This document shows, piece by piece, positions 39,851 to 51,743 of a stretch of DNA of 64,000 nucleotides. The DNA lies in assembly GCA_028534125.1 (NCBI GenBank), contig CM052832.1, positions 22,136,001 to 22,200,000 of the forward strand. The letters run 5' to 3'. Position numbers and translations under genes: made by a program. Numbering within the stretch: position 1 is the first letter of the stretch; every line of letters begins with the position of its first letter. The notes beneath the pieces were generated by a model that saw nothing but the letters and a program-made list of their open reading frames with translations, ran no database searches and was not told the DNA's origin. The DNA is from Lama glama (Eukaryota).

Positions 39851-41199
39851 TTTAATATAATGTCCTTCATTAATGGTGAGTCAGTCTTTTCTTGAATACC
39901 CCAGGGGACAGGAAGCTTACTCCATTCATTTTATTTTCAAAGTTATAATTGTCACTAATACTCTTCTCCATTGTTTTTATGAAATAGTTTTATTCTGTCT
40001 TTTGGGGATAATTGGGATAAATGGCCACAGGGACACTGCTAGCCTACAAAGTGCTTTTGTGGAAAAAAATTAGAAAAAAATACAGCCCCTTTCAAGATAC
40101 TTTACTATCTTCTGTGGAAAATCATTCAATGTACCAATTTTGTAGCACAAGGCACTTTTTTTGCCACCAGTCAGAAAATTGTTGCCCTAGAATACAAATC
40201 TTTGATGTCTATGAAGTGAGTGGTACCTTTAAATGCAGTCCTTTGTGCAGTGCACCACTCACACATATAAACATGGCACCCTTGAGCGACCACTGATTTA
40301 TACAGTGCTTTATGGTTTAGATAAGCTTTCACAAAGCTGATATGATTGGCTCTTCACCCTAATCTGCAAAATTGGCAAAAATAATTATCCTAATTGTATA
40401 GATGAAGCCAACTGAGGTTCAAATTGCTTAACACATGTCACAGATCACATAGCAAGTAGTAGGAGACCTTTCTGAACTTGAACTTTCATCCAATATAGTT
40501 CCTACTCTTTGAGTTTCATATCATTTGTGATCTCAAGTGAACGTATCCTTGACTTCAGACAAGTCATTGATAAAAATGTCTGTAAGGTGAGGCCTGTTGG
40601 GGGAGGAAGGGGAATCTGTTGAGTGACTACTTAGCACCAGGGACTTTATCTGATGTGACCCCAGTCTCTCTAGGAAGAGTCATTATATCCATTTTGCAGA
40701 TAAGGAAATAGACTCAGATTCCCAAGTGCATCCAGTTCTGTCTGAACTTGTGGCCTCCCTCTTCCTTCTTTATTTGATGCTACGTCTCACAAGGCAAGTC
40801 TCCAAGAACACTAGATTTTGGACTTCCTGCTGTTTCTTACAAATCAGTATCATTTTGCTTGTGCTTGGTTGTCTCCCTTCTTCCACCTTTCCCAAATATT
40901 TTTTTAAAAATCTGAGTTAAATAGAGCCTGCAATTGAAACTATTTTTTAAGATACCCACCTCCCCGCAACCCTTTGGTGAACATTTGCAATTATGAAATC
41001 AGAATTTCTCCTTGAATACTTCCCAAGAGTCTTTTTCCATTTAGAGGAGTACTTGCTGATTAATTGATAGTAGGCACTCAATGAAGATTTTTAGAATTTA
41101 ATTGAAGGATTCCCAGGGAGCTAGCACACTTGATAAACCTTACAACCACAGGAATTTTAATTTTATCGTTGCTTTCACTTGAGAATATAGTTTACTTTT

Positions 41200-41465
41200 T
41201 ATTTTTTTGTTCCTGTCTATTTTTTACTCAAGTATAGTTCATTTACAATTTTATATTCATTTCAGTGTACAGCATAGTGATTCAGTGTTTTTACGGATGA
41301 TACTCCATTAAAAGTTATTACAAGATAATGGCTATAATTTCCTGTGCTATACAATATATCTTTGTTGCTTATCTATTATATACATAGTAGTTTGTACCTC
41401 TTAATCCCATATCCCTAATTTGCCCCTCCCTGCTTCCCTCTTCCCATTGGTAACCACTAGTTTGT
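41200..41465 (-). mobile_element. L1 3' end
   Basis: AAGTATAGTTCATTTACAA...TTGGTAACCACTAGTTTGTT. Confidence 0.8.
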
Positions 41466-41724
41466 TACCCAGTTTTGTTTCTCACACACTTACACAGAAA
41501 CTTCAGCCTGGGAAGACTGGGTTCCTAGGGGTCACAGTAGGGGGAAAATCTAAAATTTTCACAGCTGGCAGGAGAATTCCTTTCAGGGAGAAAATTCATA
41601 ATAGAGTTGATAAAATAGTTGTCTTTATGTAGGAAAATAATAAGCCCATTTATAGGCAGGATTTTAAAGAGCTTGGCAAATAAAGAGATAGTTCAATTAT
41701 TTTACATTAAAAATGAGGGAATTC

Positions 41725-43022
41725 CAATAAACCATCACATATGTGGTCAAAAGATCTTCGAATGGGTGTCAAGACCACTCAATGTGAAAAGGACAGTCTA
41801 AGATTGCGCTGAGAAGCTGGAAATCCATATGCAAGAAACTGAAGTTGGGCCTCTATCTCCCGCCATATCCAAAAATTAACTCAAAATGGATTAAAGACAT
41901 AAACATAAGACCAAAAACTGGAAAACTAGAAGAAAACATAAAGGAAAAACTTCATGACATTGGACATGGCAGTGATTTTTTTAGATATAACAAAAAAGCA
42001 CAGGCAACAAAAGTGAAAAGAGAGAAATGAAACTACATCAAACTTTAACACTTTTGTGCATCAAAGGATACGATCAATAGAGTGAAAAGACAACCAATGG
42101 AATGGAAGAAAAAATTTGCAAATCGTGTATCTGATATATCCAGAATATATAAAGAACTCCTACATTTCAACTACAAATAATCAGATAACCTGACCAAAAA
42201 AAGAATAAAGGAATTGAACAGATGTTTCTTTAAAGATGATGTAAAATGGCCAAGAAATAAATGAAAAAGTGCTCCACATTACTATTAGAGAAATGAAAAT
42301 CAAAACTACAATGAGATATTACTCATGAGGATGGCTACTACTGAATAAAAACAAAACAGAAAATAACAAGTGTTGGTGAGGATGTAGAGAAATTGGAAGT
42401 CTTGTACACTGTTGGTGGGACTGTAAATGACACAACTTCTATGGAAAACAGTTCCTCAAAAAATTAAAAATAGAACTACCATGTAGTAACCTATAATGAA
42501 AAAGGATATGAAAACGGATATATGTATGTATATGTGTGACTGAAACATGCTGTGCACCAGAAATTGACACATTGTAACTGACTATACTTCAATTTAAAAA
42601 AAATGGAACTACTATATGTTTCAGCAATCCCGCATCTGGGTGTATATCCAAAAGATTGAAGGTGGGGTCTCAAAGAAATTGCACACCCATTTTGATAGCA
42701 GCACTATTCACCATAGCAAAGAGGTGAAAAGAGCCTGTGTCCATCAACAGATAAATGGCTAAACAAAATGTGGTCTGTACATATAGTGGAATATTGTTCA
42801 GCCTTAAAAAGAAAGCAAATCCTGTCACATGTTGCAACCTGGATGAAACTTGAAGACATTATGCTTCATGAAATAAGCCAGTAACCAAAAGAAAAATATC
42901 GGATGATTCCACTTACATGAGGTAGCTAAAAGTAGTCAAGTTCATAGAAGTGGAAAGTAGAATGGTGGTTACCAGGGGCTGGGGGGAGGGGACAAAGGGA
43001 GCTGTTGTTTAAAGAGTACAGA
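41725..43022 (+). mobile_element. L1 ORF2 end and 3' UTR, with a nested young L1 tail at ~42485-42603
   Basis: [22 protein letters not shown] is L1 ORF2. The nested tail is flanked by AAAATAGAACTACCATGT / AAAATGGAACTACTATAT. Confidence 0.88.
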
Positions 43023-43027
43023 CACTC

Positions 43028-43127
43028 CTCTGCTCAAATCCCTGCTGTGGCTCCCCACTGAAATCAGAGGAATAGTTACTCTGCTCAAATCCCTGCAGTG
43101 GCTCCCCACTGAAATCAGAGGAATAGT
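43028..43127 (+). repeat. 51-bp tandem duplication at the start of an L2 remnant (L2 continues to ~43650)
   Basis: CTCTGCTCAAATCCCTGC(T/A)GTGGCTCCCCACTGAAATCAGAGGAATAGT occurs at 43028 and 43079 with one mismatch. Confidence 0.92.
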
Positions 43128-44626
43128 CAAAAGTCCCAAATGGCCTGGGACTGGCCCCCCAGACCTCGCTGGCCCATCTCCTTCCCCTCTCCCCTCAATC
43201 ACTGCGCTCCAGCCTTCCTAGCAGCCCGATGTTTCTCCACCCTGCCAGGTCTGCTCCTGTCTTTGGATCTTTGCACTAGACAGTTCCTCTTTCTGGAATG
43301 TTCTTTGCCCAGAAAACTGCTCGGTTAATTCCTTAGCTGCTTTCAAGTCTCTGTTTAAATGTCATCTCCTCTGTGAGGACTCCTCTGGCCGCCCTATAAA
43401 ACACTGCGATATGTGAGCCCTGCCCCCACTCACCCTTCACCCCGCTGCACTTTTCTTTTATTCAGTTCACTCATCATGTTCTGGCGTGTTAGTATTATTT
43501 TTTATGTTTTTTGGTTACATCTTCCCCTGTGAGAGTTATGGGAAGGGTTAAGGGAGGGATTTTTGTCTGTTTGGGGTTGATGTGTATCCCAAGCACCTAG
43601 AATAGTGCTTTATAAACAACAGTTCCTCAATAAACATTTGCTGAATGTTGACTCAGTCCTCACAAGCAAAAGCACTGTTTTCCCCAGTGAATCCAGACAT
43701 GCTAATTCTGGAGGATGCATTAGGAACAACAACAACAAAATGTCCTGTGATCAACGAAGCTTAATGTCCCACTCTTGGAGGTTGACAACATGAGAACCTG
43801 CTAGTCTGTTTTTGAGATACTGTTAAATCATTGGCTAATAATGACTGAAAAATGTTTGGAAGTGGGTGAAAGTTGCAGAAATGGCACAATAGGCGTGTAG
43901 GAAAAGGGCAAAAGGAATAGGGACAAATACCTACTTTAGTCCTGTAAATAACAGACTTCCCTGTACACTCAGCATTTGGGGCTTGCAGCCCAATGTGCTG
44001 ACACTGAAGGCCACGCAGGCTCTGAACAACAAGCCAGATGATGAGGATTTAAGTGAGAAGTCATGGTACCGTCGGCGGCATTGATTTCCAGGAAGCCACC
44101 GACCCCTTCATTCTAAAGCATTGTTGCTCTTGTCACTGTTATCATTGGACCTAGGAATCAGGCAGAAGAACAAAGAGTGAAGAAATAAGGTAAAAGTAGG
44201 AGCTGAGGGAGAGTCCAAGGGGTCTCCGAGAGGAATATGAGGTGTAGGATTAAAAGATTAACGCAGTGGGGCTTCCTGAAGCCTAAGATGCCCTGGTCTC
44301 AGCAGCAGCACCCACGGTCCGGCTGGGATAGGGATGGAGAAAGTGCCATAAGCACATCAGGGCACCCACGGCCTCCAGGGTTGTTTTTTTTTTTTTTTTC
44401 CTGCAGCCAGTGAATCCTAGCAGCATTCGTGATAGGTTTTTGCCCATCTCTCTGTCCTTAGACAATATGTTCAATCAAAACTTTATTAGTCATTGGATGC
44501 TTTTTTGGCAAAAGTAACTATTTGGAGCACAGCCAAAGAAGCAGGAAGTTCAGAGAAAAACAAAACAAAACAAAACCCTCTGAATTCCCAAGATAGATAG
44601 CATGGCGTTTACTTCAAACTCAAGCA

Positions 44627-44815
44627 CAGCCGGCCCTCCGTCTAGTTACTACACACAGTTCGTGAACAGCACTATGTTTCCATACACACTTGGTTGAATC
44701 TGCAGGTGTGGAGCTCGCGCATAGGAGGACTGACTGTAAGACTTGTGTTTCCATGGATTTTGGAATCGGCGGCAGGTCCTGGAACCAGTTCTCCTCGGAT
44801 ATGTGGGGACCACTG
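44627..44815 (-). mobile_element. MER2-like TcMar-Tigger MITE
   Basis: The minus strand begins TA|CAGTGGTCCCCACATATCCGAGGAGAACTGGTTCCAGGACC. The opposite end CAGCCGGCCCTCCGT is a degenerate TIR. Confidence 0.75.
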
Positions 44816-45557
44816 TACTTCAATTCTCCAAGAACTCCTTGGGCACTTAGCCAAAGCCTAGTAATTCTATAGAGTTCGCCAACTCTTAGAAGAACCAAAA
44901 TAGCCATCAAGGTAGCAACAACTGAAATATGAGAGGAGACTGAAAAACTAGAAAGTAGACCCAATAATTGAAACAAGTTTACCTATTTGGGCATAGTTCA
45001 GTGCAGGGACAAACTCTTGACAAGTCAGCGGACTCCAAAACGTCACTGTATTTCTTGATGCATCAGTAAAAATTGTTGTGATCACTAACTCTATTTAAGT
45101 ATGCAGGGACACGTGCGATCCATTGGAGATATAGCTTCTCGAAACACTAAAGTTAAAAATAAAATGTTAGTTTGTAGAGGGTAAGCTTCAGTTGAGCAGA
45201 GGTAATTAATTTTTTTTGAACAATTACTTTGTGACAGGTTATTTCACATATAATCATTCCCTCAGTCATACCAGCCACAAGAGATCATAACTCTTATTCC
45301 CATGTTATAGAGGAAGCTGAGACTTGAAGAAGATAATTGATTTGCCCAAAGTCACAAAACCAGTAAAAAAGGCAGTACTGGTTTTCTGATCCAGTTCTGT
45401 TTTGCTCTAAAGGCTGGATTCTTTAGACTCTCATTACCTGTTTCTCTTCTGTGTTTTAGGCTCCAATCCTGACCACTCAGAAATTGTACAAAATTGTATT
45501 TATAAATATTGTTCTCTGTGTTTTTAGTTGTTGGAATTTTGTTAGCAGGCTTTATTT

Positions 45558-46104
45558 ATTTATTTATTGAAGTAAAGTCAGTTTACAGTATGACAATTTC
45601 TGGTGTACAGCATGTTTCCGTCATACATAAACATGCATGTATTCATTTTCATACTCTATTTCATTATAGGTTACTATGAGATATTGAATATAGTTCCCTG
45701 TGCTGTACAGTAGAAACTTGTTGTTTATCTATTTTATATATAAGTAGTTAGTATCTGCAAGTTTTGAACTCCTATTTTATCCCTTCCCACCCCTTTATCC
45801 CCTGGTAACCATAAGTTTCTTTTCTATGTCTGTGAGTCTCATTCTGTTTCATAAATAAGTTTATTTGTGTCTTTTTTTAAGATTCCACATATAAGCGATA
45901 TCATATGGTATTTTTCTTTCTCTTTCTAGCTTGCTTCACTTAGAATGATGATCTCCAGCTCCATCCATATTGCAAATGGCATTATTTTATTCTTTTTTGT
46001 GGCTGAGTAGTATTCCATCATATAAATATACCATAATTTCTTTATCCAATCATCTGTCGATGGACATTTAGGTTGTTTCCATGTCTTGGCTATGATAAAT
46101 AGTG
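45558..46104 (-). mobile_element. Young 5'-truncated L1
   Basis: L1 3' UTR flanked by a perfect 14-bp TSD AGCAGGCTTTATTT at 45544-45557 and 46105-46118. Confidence 0.93.
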
Positions 46105-47042
46105 AGCAGGCTTTATTTCTGCATTCAGTTATCAGGGACTAACTTCTGCTTTGAATTTCTCATAACTGGTTTCTTTCAGAGGTTGGTGTATTATTTTGGA
46201 TTCTTTTGTCTTTAGACATATCAGCATCTCCCTCATATAAATAGGTTAGTGTGCTGAGAGGATTTGTGTTGATTTATCTTGAATGACTAAATGATAGTAT
46301 TCATGGGAGAAAATGCTACATTTTCAGCAATAATAGATAAATTTGGTAGGTGCTTAGTTATATTAATTTCTTAATTTTCTGAACACGTGCAAATATAAAA
46401 ACAATGTTTAACTGTGATCTCAACTCAGAAAATATGTTAGGCAGGTAGGCGGCAATAGATGCTTCAAGCAAACACAGAATGATGGAGCTAAAATGTATAG
46501 AAGTGGAGACTTGATGGCAAAATCTAAATTCCTTATGGTTTTGTGTGGATGATGCTTAAAGAAACTGCTTAAATAAAAATCCAGAATGATATCCATCGTG
46601 GGTCAGTTTAGACCATTCTCTGGATCAGATTTCAAATGTTAAGCATGGCGTTTAATACCCTATGCAGGCAACAATTTCTGCTGTTTTCCTGAAGGTGGAC
46701 TCCTAGTATAATAAAAAGATTTCTGTGTAATAAAAAGAACAATAGAATAGCCAAGTTTGAATCTTAACTTTTGCTGTTTACTAGCTGGATAAGCTAGCTG
46801 CAAATTGCCAGAAACTGAGGATTCTCATGAATAAAAATGAAGATGATGATGACATAATAATAAAAATGATAATAACACCTGCCCTTTCAACCTCTTAAGG
46901 TTGCTGGGAAGATCAAAGGGGACAATATAAGAGAATATATTCTGTAAATATACAACACCATTATGCAAATATGTGTTATTGTTAGCATAGTAATTTATTT
47001 TTATATGGGTTATGTCATTGTAGATGTTTTTAATTAGTTTTT

Positions 47043-47184
47043 TAAATATATATTTTTATTGAGGTATAGTCTTTTTACAATGTTGTGTCAATTTCTGGTG
47101 TACAAACATACAAAGAAGAGCTCATACCGATCCTTTTCAAACTCTTCCAAAAGATTGAAGAGGAGGGAAAATTCCCAAACTCAG
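47043..47184. mobile_element. Twin-primed (5'-inverted) mini L1 insertion
   Basis: A minus-strand L1 tail (47043-47104) is joined to a plus-strand ORF2 piece [27 protein letters not shown] (47103-47183). TSD AATTAGTTTTT at 47032-47042 and 47185-47195. Confidence 0.9.
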
Positions 47185-47679
47185 AATTAGTTTTTATTGG
47201 TGATTATTTCTGGTTGAATCATTAGAATGTATCCTCTGGAAGGGTTATACCTTTGTAAATTTTGAAGGTGACTTTCATTGAGTTTTGCTGTTTGAGCATC
47301 TTTGGCTGGTTCTGGATTGGCACGAGACTGGTGTTGAATTTTTTCCAGACAATAGTCTCCTGCTGCCCCCCTGAAACATGCCAGCATCTTTTCCAGGTCT
47401 TTTTGTCTGGCCTTTAATTTTGGACCAGTCATCAGAACCAGCACTGCAGCTTCTGGATGACTTCACATTCTGAGCATAGCTTCATAAAAACTTGAGCTTG
47501 ATAGCAAACCTCATTCTACTGCCGGTAGAAAACAGGTGAGATGTGGGGGGAGGCCTGTAGCATCAACCCTGCCACCTCATTTTGGAATAGTAAGTACAAT
47601 TCCTGTCCACAGAAATGACGGGCGAGTGGGTGTGTGAGTTGGCCTCTTGCTGGAGAGAGAAATGCTTTGATTCAGAGGA

Positions 47680-47880
47680 GGCAATGTGGCATGGTGCCCG
47701 AGAGCCCAGGCTTTGGAATCAGGCAGGCATGTTTTATTTAACCTCCCCAAACAACCAAGATACTTAAACTCTCTAAACTCCAGTTCCCTCATCTGTAAAA
47801 TAGAGATTATAATAACTACCACATGAGTTATTGTCCCTGGTAAATGAGAAAACTTTTGTAAAGTTATCTCAAACATGTAA
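47680..47880 (+). mobile_element. MIR
   Basis: AGAGCCCAGGCTTTGGAATCAGGCAG...CAGTTCCCTCATCTGTAAAATAGAGAT. Confidence 0.8.
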
Positions 47881-48560
47881 TAATGATCATTATTTTACAA
47901 TTGACAGAGGATGGAAACCGAGTTAAAAGGGAAGGAAAAGAGGATGACGGGTCTGTGGTGCAGCTCTTATATATCTTAGAATCCTGTCTCATCCTCCAGA
48001 AGCCAGTTTAACTAGCCTATGGTGTAACTGATCCCTCCTCTTGATATTGCATCATCCAATAGTTCTTTGAGCATTAATTGCACGATAGTATCAGTAGAAC
48101 AGAATTATTAAGATTTAAGTTCTGTGAGGTTTCATTTTCAAGATCTAAGCATAGTTCCCGCATCTTTAAGGGAAACTTTTAGACTAGATTATAATCTGTG
48201 TTTTGTTGAGCAGAAGGAAATCTGTAGAGGGTTCATCTTCTGTTTTTCAACCTACGCCAATGTGAAGACTATTTTTTGAAGTCTGAAGAGCATAGCTTTG
48301 TGGAAAATTATGAGTGGTCTGTGTGTTTGCTTTATAAATACTACCCAAACTGGCCTACTTTTCTTTTCTGGCAGTTCACATTTAAATGTTGATTTTTTTT
48401 TTTTTTAACAGTGCTTTCCAGCCCCGTCTGCCCTCAAGACACCTCACTTAAGCTGTCATCTTGCTCATGATTAAAGGAACATCACTTCAATTCTGGTCAG
48501 TTTCAGGACTATGTGATATTAAATGAGCCTGTCTAGCCTAATTGATCCTCAAGCATATGC

Positions 48561-48563
<3 letters not shown>

Positions 48564-48600
<37 letters not shown>
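48564..48600. repeat. (GT)n microsatellite about 1.6 kb upstream of the MBOAT1 ATG
   Basis: Uninterrupted GT run of about 18 units. Confidence 0.97.
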
Positions 48601-48602
<2 letters not shown>

Positions 48603-49379
48603 TAAAGCAGAGGTTGTCATCTGGTGGTGGTAGCCTCCTGTAAAGTCTCCATGGGGACAGGGAGTGGTGGTAGGGACAATTTTTTGCTCCTCAACAGGCA
48701 ACATGAGCTGAGAAACTCTGGCCTGGCCATTTAAAGTTCAGTGCAGTTTTCTGGTTGATGAAACTCTTCCAAGAAGGCCAGGGTGAGGCCTAGCCTTGGA
48801 GGGAAAGTTGTTATCAGTGTCTGACAGGCCTTCAGTTGGACTTGAAGCTGGAGGCATTATTGCTAACAATGTTTAGTTCTGCCCCAAAGTTACTGCCCCC
48901 GTTTGGTTGGATTCTCCATCCACTAATCGTTGGCTCCCTGGCTCAGTAACAGCTCCCAGGTCAACTGCTGATGCAAAGCTTTGGGCTTGAAGCCTGGAGA
49001 TTCACACCAACTCACTTTTGTTTTTTTCCCCCTACCTATCCGATTCCAATACTGCTTTCCTGAAAGTCTTCTTCACCAGTGAGCTTACAGCAATTCCCGG
49101 AAAGGATCAAGACTTTCATGAGTCTCAAAACCTATTAATTAGCTGAAAAAGTTTTCCAAGTGCCAGTGATACACTTGGGCGTCTGAGGACAAAGAAGTGA
49201 ACGGGCCAGGTACCACTTTTTAGAACTCAAAGAACTGATCAGAATACACACAATATAACAGTAGCACTTTTTCTTACAGGGGTGAAATACTTCTCAATCC
49301 GAAGGGAGGAGCCCATCAGAGATCAGAAGCTAGCAGTCCTAGTGTACGCTGTGACCCAGACCACGTCAGATCAGGGTGT

Positions 49380-50350
49380 CGGAAGCTAGGTCTTGCCCAC
49401 AGGAATGCAAGCGAAGAGAGGAGGCTGGGCGCTGGGGCGCTGGCTAGCAGCGCCGGGGTCTCCCTGGGCTTCCAGCCACCGGCAGAGTAACCCTCTGCAG
49501 CAAGGACTGTAAGGGAGAAAGCTTGAAAGGAAAGCGCAGTAAATCTTAGTCCGCGCGGGGGGTGCAGAGACTGCAGCGAAACCAAAACAGGGTGGGGCCG
49601 GGGTGCTCCCGAGTGCAAGGCGCCCTCCTGGGTGGCCGGGGTGGAAGTCATTTGGTGTGGCGGGGAGAGAGGTCGGGGAGCTCTGGAGAAGGAAGAGGAG
49701 CTTCCCCGCGCCCGGGGGCTGCGCGCCACCAGGCGCAGGGCTGGGCGGCGGCGCCCGCTGGCGTCGCTTTCCCTCTCGGGTCGGCCCGGGTTTAGGCCGG
49801 GCAGGGCGGGCCGGGTGGCGCTCGGGGGCCGGGCTCGGAGTCCCCACTTTTCCGCCCTCCCCTCTCCTCCCGGGCGGTCCCGGGCGGCCGGGCCAATGAG
49901 CGGCGAGAGGAGGGGAGCGGGAAGCAGAGCGCGCTGGGCCGCGGCCCTCCTACCGCGCCCGTGGCCGCAGCGCCAACGCCAAGTTTGCGCCCGCAGTTTG
50001 CGCTTGTTCGCGTCCCCCGGCTCGCGGCTGGGTCCCCGCGAGCTAGGCGGCCGCGCGCCCCTCGGGACAGCCACCCAGGCGCAGTCTCGGGCGGGAGGAC
50101 GCCGAGCAGGGTGGCGCGGGCTGGGGCCGGGGCAGCCGCCTCCCGAAGATGCAGGATGGCAGCAGAACAGCCGTCCAGCCTCTCCTACCGCACCACGGGC
50201 TCCACCTGTCTGCACCCGCTCAGCGAGCTCCTGGGCATCCCGCTGGACCAGGTAACTGCGGGCGGGCAGGCCGCCGCTGGGGCGTGAGCGCAGGACCCTT
50301 CCCCGAGTCGGTGCGGGCGTGGAGCCTGGGGAGAGTATCTGCCTCCGTCC
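49380..50350 (+). promoter_or_regulatory. MBOAT1: CpG-island promoter and 5' UTR of MBOAT1
   Basis: Abrupt GC- and CpG-rich segment in otherwise CpG-depleted DNA. GC boxes at 49804-49809, 49852-49857 (reverse), 49872-49877 and 49882-49887. NF-Y-type GGCCAATGAG at 49891-49900. No TATA box seen. Confidence 0.9.
50156..50251 (+). CDS. MBOAT1: MBOAT1 (membrane-bound O-acyltransferase 1, lysophospholipid acyltransferase LPEAT1), coding part of exon 1
   Basis: Translates to MAAEQPSSLSYRTTGSTCLHPLSELLGIPLDQ, which I recognise as the MBOAT1 N-terminus. ATG is in strong Kozak context (aggATGg). It ends at a phase-0 donor CAG|GTAACT (GT at 50252) and lies in a CpG island. No exon 2 was recognised in the window. 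Confidence 0.95.
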
Positions 50351-51046
50351 CTGCCCCCATAGCAGATTTCTCAGCTTCAAACTAGACAGGTGGATTTTTT
50401 TTTTGAGTTGACTTTTTCTCCTGTAAGTGTGAAAAAATTGGTACACCCCTCACATCAGGCTCGAATAAACTTTGTTTGTTTGCTTGAAGTTTTGGGTTGC
50501 CTCGTTTCCTGTAACCATGTTCTGAAGCATTCTGATAAATGAATCAAATGTGTCTTTCATCAGTGGCCTCTAGTCTTTATTATTTTTATTTTAGATGACC
50601 CTACATAGAAACTAAGGCTGATTAACCTATAAGCAATAGCCTATGCCTTTTGCATGGGAGACCCAGGTTTTAGACTTCAGCAGTGAGGCTTGTGAAATCA
50701 GGGTAACAGTTATTTTGTACCATGTATGATATCCATCGGCAAGGGACAAGGGACACAGGGTGCTTTGGTTTTTTGTGATATTCCGAAGACCTTAGTATAT
50801 TCAGTCCGTATGTCCTTGAGGGTCCAGGATCCCTGTGGGACAGGTTAGTGGGGGAAGAGCTGTTGAAGTTGTTTGGACTGTCCAGGAACTGTCTGCTACC
50901 ATTAAAACTAAAGATAGAAACAAAGAACAATAATTCCAGGTAAGAAATCTTCCTGAGGGTTTGAGGCTGTCTTAACTCATTTTCTTGTCTCTTTAGGTGC
51001 TGCAGGCTAGGTCTGCCCTGTATTTAGTAGTGAGTCAATAAATACA

Positions 51047-51743
51047 CAGTTGACTCTTGAGTAACATGGGTTTGAGCTGCATGGGTCCACTTATATGTGG
51101 ATATTTTTCAATAAAGAAGGTGTGGTATCTTTATGCAATGGAATACTACTCAGCCATAAAAAATAATAAAATAATGCCATTTGCAGCAACATGGATGGAT
51201 CTGGAGATCATCATTCTAAGTGAAGTAAGCCAGAAAAAGAAAGAAAAAAAACCATAGATATCAATTTTATGTGGAATATATATAAAAAAGACACAAATGA
51301 ATGTATTTACAAAGCAGAAAGAGACTCACAGACAGAAAACAAACTTATGATGACCAGGGGGGATGTGTGTGGGAAGGGATAAATTGGGAGTTTGAGATTT
51401 GCAGACACCAACTACTATGTATAATATAGATAAACAGTAAGTTTTTACTGTAGAGCACAGGGAACTATATTCAATACCTTGTAGTAACATATAATGAAAA
51501 AGAATATGAAAAGGAATACATGTATATGCATGACTGAAACATTATGCTGTACATCAGAAATTGATACAACATTGCAAACCGACTATACTTCAATAAAAAA
51601 ATGGAAAAGAAAAAAATGGTAAATACTACAATCCTGTACCATCCGTAGTTGGCTAAGTCCGCAGATTCAGAGGAATGGCAGATACGAAGGGCTGAGTGTT
51701 AATTACAGGCAGATTAACCCCCATGTTGTTTGAGAGTCAGCTG
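51047..51743 (+). mobile_element. Tigger2-derived MITE (Tigger2a-like) split by a young L1 3' end (~51111-51616, +)
   Basis: TIRs CAGTTGACTCTTGAGTAACATGGG and CCCATGTTGTTTGAGAGTCAGCTG. The internal L1 has MEYYSAIKNNKIMPFAATWMDLEIIILSEVSQ and an A tail. Confidence 0.88.

Noticed and set aside
49316..50446. 376-aa minus-strand ORF and other long ORFs over the CpG island
   Set aside because: Low-complexity R/P/G/A-rich translations are expected from stop-poor GC-rich DNA. No recognisable domain.
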